Assembly (NCBI GenBank): GCA_963701855.1
Contig: CAVPBK010000006.1
Location: forward strand, 480,001-544,000
Direction: 5' to 3'
Length of the DNA stretch: 64,000 bases
DNA from: Nitrospirota bacterium
GTDB lineage: Bacteria > Nitrospirota > Nitrospiria > Nitrospirales > Nitrospiraceae
Numbering within the stretch: position 1 is the first letter of the stretch; each line of letters starts with the position of its first letter. Positions 43,171 to 52,933 of the stretch are shown here, piece by piece. The position numbers were made by a program, and so were the translations under genes. Below the pieces are notes generated by a model. It had not been told where the DNA came from, ran no database searches, and was given only the letters and a program-made list of their open reading frames with translations.

Positions 43171-43678
43171 GCCGGAACCGCCTGACCCCAACTGGCCCCG
43201 CTACTCCCTGCACCCATTCCCATCCTATCGTTTCGTGCCCAGCCAGACACCACATCCACGACGAAGCCCTCTTGGTCATTCTTACGGTCAACCAGAGCCG
43301 AACCCAATGCCATTCCCTACGGCCCAATGGCAGACTTCAGAGGAATATCTGTATGGGATAGACCTCTACAACTACGCCTACTGGTGGGAGTGCCACGAAA
43401 TCTTTGAAGGACTTTGGCATGCAGTTGGCCACGACACTGAACAAGGGAACTTCTTCCAAGCCCTCATCCAGTTCGCCGCCTCCAATCTCAAACGATTCAC
43501 AGGGAACCACCGGGCAGCGGGGAATCTGGTAACCAGCGGCATAGTTCGATTGCAAAAGATACCGGCGTTCTATATGGGGATCGACGTGGCCAGACTCACA
43601 GAAGGCTTTCGGCAGCATGTGGTTGGTTCGGACTTTCGTGCACCACTCATTCGCCTGTATGAGCGGGAACTGGTGTAG
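43163..43678 (+). CDS. DUF309 domain protein
   Basis: GIDLYN...WWECHEIFEGLW...FFQALIQ; GTG start overlapping the end of apaH. Confidence 0.85.
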   Translation: MTEPEPPDPNWPRYSLHPFPSYRFVPSQTPHPRRSPLGHSYGQPEPNPMPFPTAQWQTSEEYLYGIDLYNYAYWWECHEIFEGLWHAVGHDTEQGNFFQALIQFAASNLKRFTGNHRAAGNLVTSGIVRLQKIPAFYMGIDVARLTEGFRQHVVGSDFRAPLIRLYERELV

Positions 43679-43690
43679 GCCTTCACTGCT

Positions 43691-43951
43691 GCCAGGCTAC
43701 TCAAAAGTGTCAGCCATCTCACCCTCTCATCCCGCGTGCGCCGAGATGCTCGCCTTGCCCATTGCAAGGCCGCAGGCGAGTGAGAACCGGAGGCGTACCC
43801 TCTGGGGCGCACGGTGCGACGAATAAGGAGCACCAAGTCTGTGCGCGCCGACGAGTTGGTGAAGAGGCCGGGTTCCCATTGAGGATTCTTTCGACCCAAG
43901 AACGAAGTTGGGGGCCTTTTTGAGCAGCCTGTTATTTTCAGTAGCCTGTTA
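43691..43951 (-). mobile_element. Family A MITE copy with two internal insertions and a duplicated end
   Basis: Minus strand TAACAGGCTACTGAAAA-TAACAGGCTGCTCAAAAAG...GGGTACGCCTCCGG...GCGGCCTTGC...TTTTGAGTAGCCTGGC. Confidence 0.75.
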
Positions 43952-44737
43952 GTGGTAGGACTCGGAATCGCTCGGAAACTTGCCCTGCTCGACTTCCTCT
44001 TTATAGCGGCGAAGCGCTTGCAACGCATCCGCCTTGAGGTGGGCGTACGGTTTCACAAACTTCGGCACGAACTCATCGAAAAGACCAAGGAGATCATAGA
44101 GCACAAGAACTTGGCCGTCGCAGTGGGGACCGGCCCCGATTCCAATGGTCGGAATAGTCAATTGTTCCGTGATGGTCTTGGCCAACTCGGTTGGGATTAC
44201 CTCAAGCACGATGGCGAAGGCGCCGGCTGCTTCGAGGGCCTTGGCATCATTCAGCAAAACCTGCGCTTGATCCGATTCCTTTCCCTGCACTTTGTAGCCG
44301 CCGTACCGGTGAACGGATTGGGGCGTCATACCGAGATGCCCCATCACCGGGATGCCTATCCTAGTCATCGCAGCCACACGATCGGCCACCACCGCGCCGC
44401 CTTCCAGCTTGATGGCTTGAGCCCCGGCCTGTAGAAACCGGCCGGCATTACGCAGAGCATCTTCGCTGCCGGCTTGATAGGACATGAACGGCATATCACC
44501 GATGACGAGCGCTCGTTGAGCCACCCCGGCCACAAGCTTCGTGTGATAGAGCATGTCGTCCATCGTGACCGACAAGGTATTCGCTTTGCCTTGTACGACC
44601 ACACCAAGCGAATCGCCGACTAAGATGGTCTCGATACCGGCCTGTTCGACTATGCGTGTAAACAACGCATCATACGCCGTAACGACGATGAGCTTCTTCT
44701 TGTCGAGCTTGTGCCGCTGAAATTCGGGGATCGTCAT
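43949..44737 (-). CDS. panB: 3-methyl-2-oxobutanoate hydroxymethyltransferase
   Basis: TAYDA, ILVGDSLG, DMPFMSY, KLEGG, GHLGMTPQ, IGIGAG. Confidence 0.98.
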   Translation of the reverse strand: MTIPEFQRHKLDKKKLIVVTAYDALFTRIVEQAGIETILVGDSLGVVVQGKANTLSVTMDDMLYHTKLVAGVAQRALVIGDMPFMSYQAGSEDALRNAGRFLQAGAQAIKLEGGAVVADRVAAMTRIGIPVMGHLGMTPQSVHRYGGYKVQGKESDQAQVLLNDAKALEAAGAFAIVLEVIPTELAKTITEQLTIPTIGIGAGPHCDGQVLVLYDLLGLFDEFVPKFVKPYAHLKADALQALRRYKEEVEQGKFPSDSESYH

Positions 44738-45627
44738 CAACCTACATCCGCTTTGGCGATAATGTCCGCCAGCCGGTGCGTGGCCTTGATGGCCATAATA
44801 TGGACTCCGTCGCAATACGGCCGCACCGCCTTGATCGTCCGCACCGCAATATCCACCCCCACGTCCTCCGCGCGATCGGGACCGGCCGCCCTGAGTTCGT
44901 CGATCATTTCCTGCGGAACCGACACGCCAGGAATATTGGCATTCATGAACTCCGCCATTTTGGCGTTCCGGAGGACGAGAATGCCCGCCAGCACCTTGGC
45001 TTTGAACGGGCGAACTGCTTTCATGAAGGACGCGAACTGTTCCGGATGGTAAATTGCCTGCGTCTGAAAAAACTGGGCGCCTGCTTTCACCTTGACTTCA
45101 ACCTTGGCGAGCATGGGCCCCAGTGGGTCGGCTTCCGGAGTCACTGCAGCCCCAATGGTAAACTGCGTTGCACCGTCCAACTTGTTCCCGGCAAGATCCC
45201 TCCCGTTATTGAGTCCTTGCACCAACTGCATCACTTGGACCGAGTCCAAATCATAAACCGGCTTGGCCTCTTTATGATCTCCGACAGTCGGATAGTCCCC
45301 GGTGAGACACAGGATATTGCGGATGCCGAGCATGGAAGCGCCCATAAGGTCCGACTGCATCGCAATACGATTCCGATCGCGGCAGGTCATCTGCATGACC
45401 GGATCATGACCGAGTTCGTAGAGAAGTCGGCAGACAGGGAGGGATCCAGCCCGCACCACGGCAGCCGTGTTGTCCGTCACGTTGACCCCGTGCACGCGCC
45501 CCACCAACTGCTTGGCATTCTCTAACACGCCAGAGATGTTGGTCCCTTTGGGAGGGTTGTACTCAATTGTGACAGCAAACTGTCCCTGATCAAGCACGTC
45601 CTTCAACCGCCGAGGTTCTCGATTCAT
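44737..45627 (-). CDS. metF: Methylenetetrahydrofolate reductase
   Basis: EYNPPKG, NVTDN, TCRDRNRIAMQS, LTGD, FQTQ, GVHIM. Confidence 0.92.
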   Translation of the reverse strand: MNREPRRLKDVLDQGQFAVTIEYNPPKGTNISGVLENAKQLVGRVHGVNVTDNTAAVVRAGSLPVCRLLYELGHDPVMQMTCRDRNRIAMQSDLMGASMLGIRNILCLTGDYPTVGDHKEAKPVYDLDSVQVMQLVQGLNNGRDLAGNKLDGATQFTIGAAVTPEADPLGPMLAKVEVKVKAGAQFFQTQAIYHPEQFASFMKAVRPFKAKVLAGILVLRNAKMAEFMNANIPGVSVPQEMIDELRAAGPDRAEDVGVDIAVRTIKAVRPYCDGVHIMAIKATHRLADIIAKADVG

Positions 45628-45659
45628 GGTTTCAATTTTACTCCTCCACTCCACTCACA

Positions 45660-45759
45660 GCTGTGGGGAGAATGGGGCGCTCCCCCCTGCGCGCATCGGA
45701 CGAGCACAGTTTTATCGTGCGCGTTCTGCGAGCAAGGGAACGCCCTTTCTTCCTACAGC
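45660..45759 (-). repeat. Family B hairpin element, copy 3
   Basis: Closing IR GCTGTGGGGAGAATGGGGCGCTCCC / GGGAACGCCCTTTCTTCCTACAGC includes the folD stop codon; conserved core. Confidence 0.85.
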
Positions 45760-46613
45760 ATCCCCGCCTTGCGCTTCGCAGACTCCACCGTATTGTCCAG
45801 CAGCATCGCAATTGTCATCGGCCCGACACCTCCCGGCACAGGACTGATCCAGCCCGCTTTCTGACTGACCGGCTCAAAATCGACATCGCCACACAATTTA
45901 CCCTCTGGAGTTTTGTTCGTTCCCACATCAATGACGACTGCCCCTTCTCTCACCATGTCCACCGTGACAAACTTGGCTTTCCCAATCGCAACCAGCAACA
46001 ACTCAGCTTCGCGACAGACCGCTGGCAAATCCTTGGTCTTGGAGTGGCAAATCGTCACCGTGGCGTTGCGCTGGAGCAACATAAGCGCCAATGGCTTGCC
46101 GACGATGTTGCTCCGTCCCAGTACAACAGCACGCTTCCCTTCGATACTCACTCCGGTGGACTCAATCATCTTGATGACGCCCTTCGGCGTGCAGGCTTCA
46201 AACACCGGATGGCCCTCGACAAGCCGACCGAAATTGTATGGATGAAACCCGTCTGCATCCTTGTCGGGTGACACCGCTTCAAGCACGACTTTGCTGTCGA
46301 TATGCTTCGGGAGCGGCAACTGAACCAATATCCCGTGGATCTTGGGATCGGCGTTCTCCTTTTCAATCAAGGCCAACAACTCTGCTTGCGTCGTACTCGC
46401 CGGCAATTTGTGATCATCGATATAGATGCCCGCCGCATCACAGGCTTTCTGCTTGCTCTTCACATAGAGATGCGAGGCGGGATCATCGCCCACCAAAATC
46501 GTCGCCAGGCCGGGCTTCACCCCGGTCTTAGCCAAGACCTCCGCTGATTCAGCTGCCAAACGCTCACGTACTTGCAAAGCCAAGGCTTTGCCGTCGATCA
46601 ATTGTGCCGCCAC
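45753..46613 (-). CDS. folD: Bifunctional methylenetetrahydrofolate dehydrogenase/cyclohydrolase
   Basis: IDGK, YVKSK, GILVQLPLP, KDADG, GRSNIVGKP, PVPGGVGPMT; GGAGG RBS and GTG start at 46613. Confidence 0.98.
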   Translation of the reverse strand: MAAQLIDGKALALQVRERLAAESAEVLAKTGVKPGLATILVGDDPASHLYVKSKQKACDAAGIYIDDHKLPASTTQAELLALIEKENADPKIHGILVQLPLPKHIDSKVVLEAVSPDKDADGFHPYNFGRLVEGHPVFEACTPKGVIKMIESTGVSIEGKRAVVLGRSNIVGKPLALMLLQRNATVTICHSKTKDLPAVCREAELLLVAIGKAKFVTVDMVREGAVVIDVGTNKTPEGKLCGDVDFEPVSQKAGWISPVPGGVGPMTIAMLLDNTVESAKRKAGML

Positions 46614-46652
46614 GGATTCCTCCTCCGTTGAAAGACTGCCAAAAACCACGGC

Positions 46653-46682
46653 ACCATAGCAGGGCATTTTTGAGCAAGTCAA
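46653..46682 (-). promoter_or_regulatory. Putative sigma70 promoter for folD-metF-panB
   Basis: Minus strand TTGACT-N18-TATGGT with extended -10 TG. Confidence 0.55.
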
Positions 46683-46811
46683 CGACCCGCCTAAGCCGTA
46701 GGGCGTCAGGCATGAAACGCGAGTGGTGACGCGAGGAATGAAAGAATTGTGCGATCGATCACTGGCATACTTACCACACACGCCTTACACCCGTCGCCTT
46801 ACGTCCATTTC

Positions 46812-46841
46812 TTGACAGGCTCTTCGCCTGGCAGCTACGAT
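46812..46841 (+). promoter_or_regulatory. Putative sigma70 promoter for the divergent beta-propeller gene
   Basis: TTGACA-N18-TACGAT. Confidence 0.55.
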
Positions 46842-46896
46842 GCTTCAGTACCCACAATTAACAGCCGTCTATCTTGTGAGTAGAACCCCCTCCGTG

Positions 46897-47910
46897 ATGT
46901 CCCTTCTGATACGTGTCATGCGCCATCCAGCGGCCTGGCTTATCGGGATCATGCCCCTTGTGTTCGCCGGCCCGCTCAACGCCCAAATCACCGTGACTGA
47001 GCTACAGTCTCCTTATAGTTTCATCAATGATCCTCTTGAGAAAAACTATTTCATCTCGAGCGTAAACGGCGAGGCGGAGACTGCAGACAACAACGGATTC
47101 ATCACCAAGCTCAATTCCAATGGGAAACTTCTCAATCTGAAGTTTATCCAAGGGGGGAAGGACGACGTCACCCTCCATGCCCCCAAAGGCATGGCCTTGG
47201 TTGAACACGTGCTCTATGTGGCGGATCTCGACACGCTGCGGGGCTTTGACACGACCACCGGTAAGCCGGTCATGGCTCTCACCATCCGATCGCCCGCTAC
47301 CTCACGGTCTGAGTCGCTACCGACCTCGTTGAGCGACGTAACTTTCGATGGCAAAGGACACCTCTATTGTTCCGACCAGAAAGCGAACACGATCTACCGA
47401 GTCGATCTGGCTACCCAGACGGTTTCCGTGCTCGTCACAGACCGCTCCCTCGCAGGCCCCTCTGGCCTTGCCGTCCATCCGAAATCTGGCCAGATCATCG
47501 CGGTCAGTTGGGAGAAGGGCAAGATTTCCGAAGTCTCTCCGGAGGGCGTGGTGACGGAACTCTTTTCCAACAGCTTCTTTTCCAACCGCTTTCAGAATCT
47601 CCGCGGAGTAGATTTCGACCGTTGGGGCAACATGTATGTGTCCGACTTCACAACGGGAAAAGTCTGGCGCATGAGCTGGGATAAGCGATTTCAAGTCATC
47701 GCCGAATTTTTGCCCTCGCCGGGAGATCTCAGCATCGACCGTGCGAATAACCTCATCCTTGTGCCCTATGAACTAGCGCATGCGGCAGAGATGAACGGGC
47801 TCGAAACCCCCAGCAGTGCGAAATCGAAACAAGAAAAACGGACGTTGGCAGACTATGGCTTCATCCCGCCTCCGCCGAAGCCGGCGGCGGAAGGACCGGT
47901 GAAAAAATGA
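46897..47910 (+). CDS. Exported SMP-30/gluconolactonase-like beta-propeller protein
   Basis: Signal peptide; repeated blades LHAPKGM, LYVAD, DGKGHLYCSD, GPSGL, DRWGNMYVSD; start codon uncertain. Confidence 0.75.
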   Translation: MSLLIRVMRHPAAWLIGIMPLVFAGPLNAQITVTELQSPYSFINDPLEKNYFISSVNGEAETADNNGFITKLNSNGKLLNLKFIQGGKDDVTLHAPKGMALVEHVLYVADLDTLRGFDTTTGKPVMALTIRSPATSRSESLPTSLSDVTFDGKGHLYCSDQKANTIYRVDLATQTVSVLVTDRSLAGPSGLAVHPKSGQIIAVSWEKGKISEVSPEGVVTELFSNSFFSNRFQNLRGVDFDRWGNMYVSDFTTGKVWRMSWDKRFQVIAEFLPSPGDLSIDRANNLILVPYELAHAAEMNGLETPSSAKSKQEKRTLADYGFIPPPPKPAAEGPVKK

Positions 47911-48605
47911 GCCACTGCGCCTATTGTACGCAACGAAAAGGCAAGCGGCCTTGTCCCGCCTTGGCAGGGCTGATCTGCAGCCAATGTTGCGGCGAACACC
48001 GAATCGTGAGAGTGTCATGCCCGGCTGACTGCGTCTATCTCGAATCCGGAAGCGATTATCAGCAGAAACGGCTGGCGGTGCAATTCATGCCGATGCGCCG
48101 AGATTTCTATGGTGAACTGGCCGAGCTCGGCGACAAGAAGGCCGTGGCTCTATTCAATCTCGTTGAAGTGGTCATCTTCGGTTATTTTCAAGGACGCCGC
48201 GACGGGCAAGATGCGGAAGTCGTAGCGGCGTTACAGGCCTTGCGGCGAACACTCAGCCCCCTCCACGTGCCTGCCGCCCCGATGCCGGTCTTCGCGGAAC
48301 ATTTGAAGAAGGAGTACGACACGTTCAAGAAACAGAACCCGCAGGAAATAGCCGATACGTCTTCCGCACCGGAAATACTGGACCGTGCGATCGCCTTTGT
48401 CTCACGATTTTCCGGTACGGACTTCCAGTCACAACGGTTCCTCGGTGGTCTCATCGGCTATGTGCGAGCCTACCATCCGGAAATTGCGGAGTACCTGACC
48501 AAGCAACGTGAACCAGGGCACATTATCTTGCCAGGGCAGCAGTTCATGCCTCCCCCGGCGCCTAAGCCCCATATCCATGACCCAGGGTGCCAGCACCATC
48601 ACTGA
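47907..48605 (+). CDS. Hypothetical protein with a Cys-rich N-terminus and His-rich C-terminus
   Basis: CAYC...CP...CSQCC...CPADC; ends HIHDPGCQHHH; ATGA overlap with the upstream gene. Confidence 0.8.
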   Translation: MSHCAYCTQRKGKRPCPALAGLICSQCCGEHRIVRVSCPADCVYLESGSDYQQKRLAVQFMPMRRDFYGELAELGDKKAVALFNLVEVVIFGYFQGRRDGQDAEVVAALQALRRTLSPLHVPAAPMPVFAEHLKKEYDTFKKQNPQEIADTSSAPEILDRAIAFVSRFSGTDFQSQRFLGGLIGYVRAYHPEIAEYLTKQREPGHIILPGQQFMPPPAPKPHIHDPGCQHHH

Positions 48606-48641
48606 CTGGTAGCCACCACCGAGGACCGTAGATCGGACACC

Positions 48642-48965
48642 ATGAGTGCGGATAAAGAGCGAAAGATCAGAAAAGCACGCCGGGTGGAATTACGTTGTAC
48701 TCTGGGATTTTCTTCCGGCGAAGTCGAAGGCGATGCCACGATCACAAATATCTCGACGTCCGGCTGTCGAGCCGAGTCCGATGTCAATATGGCCGAAGGG
48801 CTCGATATTCAGGTCATTATTCAACTTCCCAGCCAATCGCCACCAGTGAAAATCGAACGAGCCTCAGTGCGTTGGGTCTCCGGCAACGCGTTCGGCCTTA
48901 ACTTCATCCTCTTTTTCCCATCTGAACGAGCCCGCCTCCGCACATTCATCGAACATATAAAATAA
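48642..48965 (+). CDS. PilZ domain protein
   Basis: RxxxR (RKARR) and NxSxxG (NISTSG) motifs; VRW...FGLNF. Confidence 0.88.
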   Translation: MSADKERKIRKARRVELRCTLGFSSGEVEGDATITNISTSGCRAESDVNMAEGLDIQVIIQLPSQSPPVKIERASVRWVSGNAFGLNFILFFPSERARLRTFIEHIK

Positions 48966-48995
48966 CCTTCTCTGTTTACCCTCCGTACTCCATAG

Positions 48996-49091
48996 GCACT
49001 GCGGTCTCACGGACTCCCACTGCGCACATCGAGTGAGCACATTCTTATTGTGCGCGCCCTGGGAGCATGGGGGTTCGCAAGACCGCAGTGC
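48996..49091 (-). repeat. Family B hairpin element, copy 4
   Basis: Closing IR GCACTGCGGTCTCACGGACTCCCA / TGGGGGTTCGCAAGACCGCAGTGC abutting the cyclophilin stop codon. Confidence 0.85.
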
Positions 49092-49741
49092 TATTCAACA
49101 ATCGTCACCGTTATCTCAATCCGATCGTTCGGTAAGTCGCGGTCGTTTTTCGGCAAGCCCACGATCCTATCGGCAATGCCGAGGCCTTGTGTCACCTCAC
49201 CGAACGCCGTGTACTTTCTATCGAGGAAGTAGGACGGCTCGACAACGATGAAAAACTGAGACCCCGCGGTGTCAGGTTCGCTCGCTCGCGCCATCGACAC
49301 AATGCCACGATTGTGAGGAATGTCGCTAAACTCCGCCTTGAGCAAGACAGGATTGCCTTTCTCATCCTTGGGTCCACCCTGCCCATAGGTGTCCTTGCGC
49401 AGCGAGCTCTTGGTATTAGGATCACCACCCTGGATCATAAAACCTGGGATAACCCGGTGGAAGATCGTTCCATCGTAAAAGCCGGACTTGGCCAGCTTGA
49501 TAAAATTTTCAACATGCTTCGGGGCTACATCCGGATAGAACTTGATATGGATGTTTCCAAACTTGGTTTTGATAATAGCTCTTGGGCCAGGGGATGAAGG
49601 AGAAGCAAGAGGAGCAACCGGTTTTATGTCGGTCTTCCCTCCACATCCAGTGAGAAGGCCGATCGCCAACAGCATTCCGCACAGCATCAGGTTTCTCATA
49701 GCAGCAGCGCCACGTATCATTGCCCACCAGCCTTGCATCAT
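49091..49741 (-). CDS. Cyclophilin-type peptidylprolyl isomerase (lipoprotein)
   Basis: FHRVIPGFMIQGGD, SMAR, GSQFFI; lipobox LLTGC; the true start may be a downstream Met. Confidence 0.93.
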   Translation of the reverse strand: MMQGWWAMIRGAAAMRNLMLCGMLLAIGLLTGCGGKTDIKPVAPLASPSSPGPRAIIKTKFGNIHIKFYPDVAPKHVENFIKLAKSGFYDGTIFHRVIPGFMIQGGDPNTKSSLRKDTYGQGGPKDEKGNPVLLKAEFSDIPHNRGIVSMARASEPDTAGSQFFIVVEPSYFLDRKYTAFGEVTQGLGIADRIVGLPKNDRDLPNDRIEITVTIVE

Positions 49742-50350
49742 TTACTCGACCACCACGACCGTTATCTCCGCCCGTTCATTCGGAAGATCGCGGCTGTTTT
49801 TCGGCAAGCTGACAATCTTGTCCGCCACCTCCATCCCCTTCACCACCTCGCCAAAGACCGTATACTGCCCATCAAGAAAATTCGAATCCTTGACGACGAT
49901 GAAGAACTGCGAACCGGCACTGTTGGGATCGCTCGTGCGTGCCATCGAGAGAATCCCTCTTCGGTGAGGAATGTCGTTGAACTCCGCTTTGAGCCGCTGG
50001 CTCGGCCCCCCCTGGCCATAGGTCTCCGGCTTATTCAGATCTTTGGTGTTGGGGTCGCCGCCCTGAATCATGAATCCTTGAATCACCCGATGGAAGATTG
50101 TGCCATTATAGAAGCCGGACTTTGCCAACGCGATGAAGTTTTCAACATGCTTGGGAGCCTTCTCAGGAAAAAAGACGACATCCATATCGCCAAACTTCGT
50201 TTTGATCGTGGCCTTGGGACCTTTCGCCCCTTCTACTTTCCCTGCCGGAGCCTTGTCGGCTGCGAAGAGAGTTCCCATACCCAGCAACAGACTCCCAGCA
50301 AGCACGAGCATCACCGCCGCCATCCTCACTATCATTCGTCTCTGCATCAT
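49742..50350 (-). CDS. Cyclophilin-type peptidylprolyl isomerase (signal peptide)
   Basis: FHRVIQGFMIQGGD, SMARTSDPNSAGSQFFI, LDGQYTVFG. Confidence 0.95.
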   Translation of the reverse strand: MMQRRMIVRMAAVMLVLAGSLLLGMGTLFAADKAPAGKVEGAKGPKATIKTKFGDMDVVFFPEKAPKHVENFIALAKSGFYNGTIFHRVIQGFMIQGGDPNTKDLNKPETYGQGGPSQRLKAEFNDIPHRRGILSMARTSDPNSAGSQFFIVVKDSNFLDGQYTVFGEVVKGMEVADKIVSLPKNSRDLPNERAEITVVVVE

Positions 50351-50412
50351 CAGCCTCCCTGAAATAATGACAACTGGTCCCGTTATAAAGTACTCCTACC
50401 GTGCCGACCGGA

Positions 50413-51120
50413 TTAGATCCCTACCTGTCGAAGGGCCTGTTTCGCCGCCTGTTGTTCCGCTTCCTTTTTGCTTCGCCCGGACCCCGCACCCACGACCTCG
50501 CCTTGAATGGACAGTTCTACCTCGAATAACTTCTGGTGGTCGGGCCCTGTTTCTCGAACAGTCGTATAGCGGGGCAATGTGTCATGCCGCTTTTGACACC
50601 ACTCCTGAAACTGAGTCTTGTAGTCGCCCGCTCCGGGCTGCTCTTGTTGCGCGGCAATATGCGTGAGTTCCTCTGAGAAAATGTGGCGCGTTACCGCGCG
50701 GCTTGCCTCGAATCCTCCGTCAAGATGAACCGCCGCAAGCACCGCCTCCAGCGCATCGGCCAACAATGAGTCTTTCTCCCGCCCCTTTGAACGGTCCTCC
50801 CCGCGCCCAAGCTTGAGGTGCTCCCCCAATCCGAGCCGGCGAGCCACCTGCGCCAACGATGCCTCACTTACCAACTGTGCTTTTAGCTTCGAAAGGGTCC
50901 CCTCTGAAGACTGCGGTAACGCGGAGGCCAAATACTCACTCATCACAAGCGACAACACGGCATCGCCAAGAAATTCGAGCCGCTCGTTATGTTGAGGCGA
51001 AGCCGCTTTCTGCTCGTTCACGAGAGAGGAGTGAGTCAAGGCTTCCTCGATCAAGACAAGGGCCTTGAATCGATAGCCCAACGAGGATTGAAGCGAGTCG
51101 GCGGAAGAAGCCGAAGTCAT
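50413..51120 (-). CDS. rnc: Ribonuclease III
   Basis: ALTHSS, NERLEFLGDAVL, ADALEA, dsRBD with SKKEAEQQAA. Confidence 0.98.
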   Translation of the reverse strand: MTSASSADSLQSSLGYRFKALVLIEEALTHSSLVNEQKAASPQHNERLEFLGDAVLSLVMSEYLASALPQSSEGTLSKLKAQLVSEASLAQVARRLGLGEHLKLGRGEDRSKGREKDSLLADALEAVLAAVHLDGGFEASRAVTRHIFSEELTHIAAQQEQPGAGDYKTQFQEWCQKRHDTLPRYTTVRETGPDHQKLFEVELSIQGEVVGAGSGRSKKEAEQQAAKQALRQVGI

Positions 51121-51150
51121 AGCGGCAAACGTATCCCTCGCACAGGCCTG

Positions 51151-51347
51151 TTAGCAGAATGCTGAAAAAGTCCGCCAGCTTCGTTCTCGCTTCGCTCAGA
51201 GGCTCAACGTACCGAAGCGTACGCCTCGCCTCTTCGATTGCTGCAGCCTTGCTGGATGGCCTTTTTGAGCATCCTTTTGACGTCAACACCATTATGTAAC
51301 ATTCTAACGGTGTTGTGTATAAACTGAGTTTTTCAACAGCCTGTTAG
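51151..51347 (+). mobile_element. Family A MITE, long form
   Basis: TTAG on both flanks (51151-54, 51344-47); TIRs CAGAATGCTGAAAAAG / GTTTTTCAACAGCCTG; right flank supplies the fabF stop. Confidence 0.88.
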
Positions 51348-52597
51348 GCGTCTGGTTTCTTGAAAAGCAGGCAGGCATTGACCCCGCCGAATCCAAAAGA
51401 ATTCGACAATGCCACTGTCACTGCGGCCGGCCTAGCCTTGTGCGGAATATAGTCCAGATCGCAGGCAGGATCGGGATGATCCAAGTTGATCGTCGGGGGA
51501 AGTATCCCATGGTGAAGCGCGAGCACACTAAACACCGCTTCTATCCCACCAGCTGCCCCGAGTAAGTGGCCGGTCATCGACTTGGTTGAACTCACCGGGA
51601 TGCGGAAGGCCTGCTCACCGAACACCTGTTTGATGGCCTTGGTCTCAATAGCATCCGCCATCGTCGACGTGCCATGCGCGTTAATGTACCCGACTTGGCC
51701 CTTGCTGATGCCGGCATCTCTCAACGCCAGCTCCATGCACCGAACTGCGCCCTCTCCTTCTTCAGACGGAGCTGTAATATGGTAGGCGTCACTGTTCATG
51801 CCGTAGCCGATCAATTCAGCATAGATCCGAACGCCACGACGGCGCGCATGTTCCAGTTCCTCCAAGACCACGACTCCCGCGCCTTCGCCAAGCACAAACC
51901 CGTCACGGTCCTTATCGAACGGCCGGCTCGCTTTCGTCGGGTCATCGTTGCGAAACGACAAGGCTTTCGACGCCGCAAAGCCCGCAACTCCCAGCGGCGT
52001 AATGGCGGCTTCCGCCCCACCCGCAATCATGACATCGGCATCACCCGCCTGAATCAGCCGGTACGCGTCGCCGATGCAATGGTTGCCCGTCGCACAGGCC
52101 GTCACCGCACAGGAGTTCGGCCCCTTGGCACCCAGTCTGATCGCCACCTGTCCTGAGGCCAGGTTGATGATGGTCATCGGAATGAAAAATGGCGAGACGC
52201 GCCCGGGGCCTTTTTCCTGCAGAATCTTGTGGTAGTGCTCGATCGACCCAAGCCCCCCGATGCCCGACCCGATATACACACCGACTTTCGTGGCCTCTTC
52301 CGGCGCCACGGTAAACCCTGCATCATCCATCGCCAGCTTGGCAGCCCCCACAGCATAGTGGATGAACGTATCCATCTTTTTGATTTCTTTTTTTTCGATG
52401 AACTGGGCCGGGTCGAAGTCTTTCACTTCACCGGCGATTTGGGCATCGTACGCCGCAGGATCGAATTTCGTGATTCGACCGATGCCAGACTCACCGGAAC
52501 AGATGGCCTTCCAGGACTTTTCAACACCCGTCCCTAGAGGCGTGATCAGCCCCAGACCGGTCACCACAATCCGCCTGGTCGAACGAGGACTCATCAC
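51344..52597 (-). CDS. fabF: 3-oxoacyl-ACP synthase II
   Basis: TACATG, NAHGTST, KSMTGHLLGAAG, SNSFGFGG. Confidence 0.98.
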   Translation of the reverse strand: MMSPRSTRRIVVTGLGLITPLGTGVEKSWKAICSGESGIGRITKFDPAAYDAQIAGEVKDFDPAQFIEKKEIKKMDTFIHYAVGAAKLAMDDAGFTVAPEEATKVGVYIGSGIGGLGSIEHYHKILQEKGPGRVSPFFIPMTIINLASGQVAIRLGAKGPNSCAVTACATGNHCIGDAYRLIQAGDADVMIAGGAEAAITPLGVAGFAASKALSFRNDDPTKASRPFDKDRDGFVLGEGAGVVVLEELEHARRRGVRIYAELIGYGMNSDAYHITAPSEEGEGAVRCMELALRDAGISKGQVGYINAHGTSTMADAIETKAIKQVFGEQAFRIPVSSTKSMTGHLLGAAGGIEAVFSVLALHHGILPPTINLDHPDPACDLDYIPHKARPAAVTVALSNSFGFGGVNACLLFKKPDA

Positions 52598-52609
52598 GAC
52601 CTACGACCG

Positions 52610-52843
52610 CTAGGCCTTTTCCTTAATGTAGTCCAGCGCTTTCCCGACCGTCAGAATCTTCTCTGCGTCTTCGTCGGGGATCTCGATGCCGAACTCTTCT
52701 TCGAGGGCCATCACCAACTCAACCGTATCGAGCGAGTCGGCGCCAAGATCTTCCACAAAGCTGGCCTCTGGCGTGACCTCATCCTCTTCAACATCGAGCT
52801 GCTCACCGATAATCTTTTTTACCCGTTCATCCACAGTACCCAT
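52610..52843 (-). CDS. acpP: Acyl carrier protein
   Basis: [20 protein letters not shown]; alternative start at 52867. Confidence 0.98.
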   Translation of the reverse strand: MGTVDERVKKIIGEQLDVEEDEVTPEASFVEDLGADSLDTVELVMALEEEFGIEIPDEDAEKILTVGKALDYIKEKA

Positions 52844-52933
52844 TGATTTTCCCGCCTCCTTCCCCATCCTAGACCCTCCTTGTTGCTGCGAGCCTGACGC
52901 CGCAGCATCATACAATGTTCTGTCCGCTCAATC

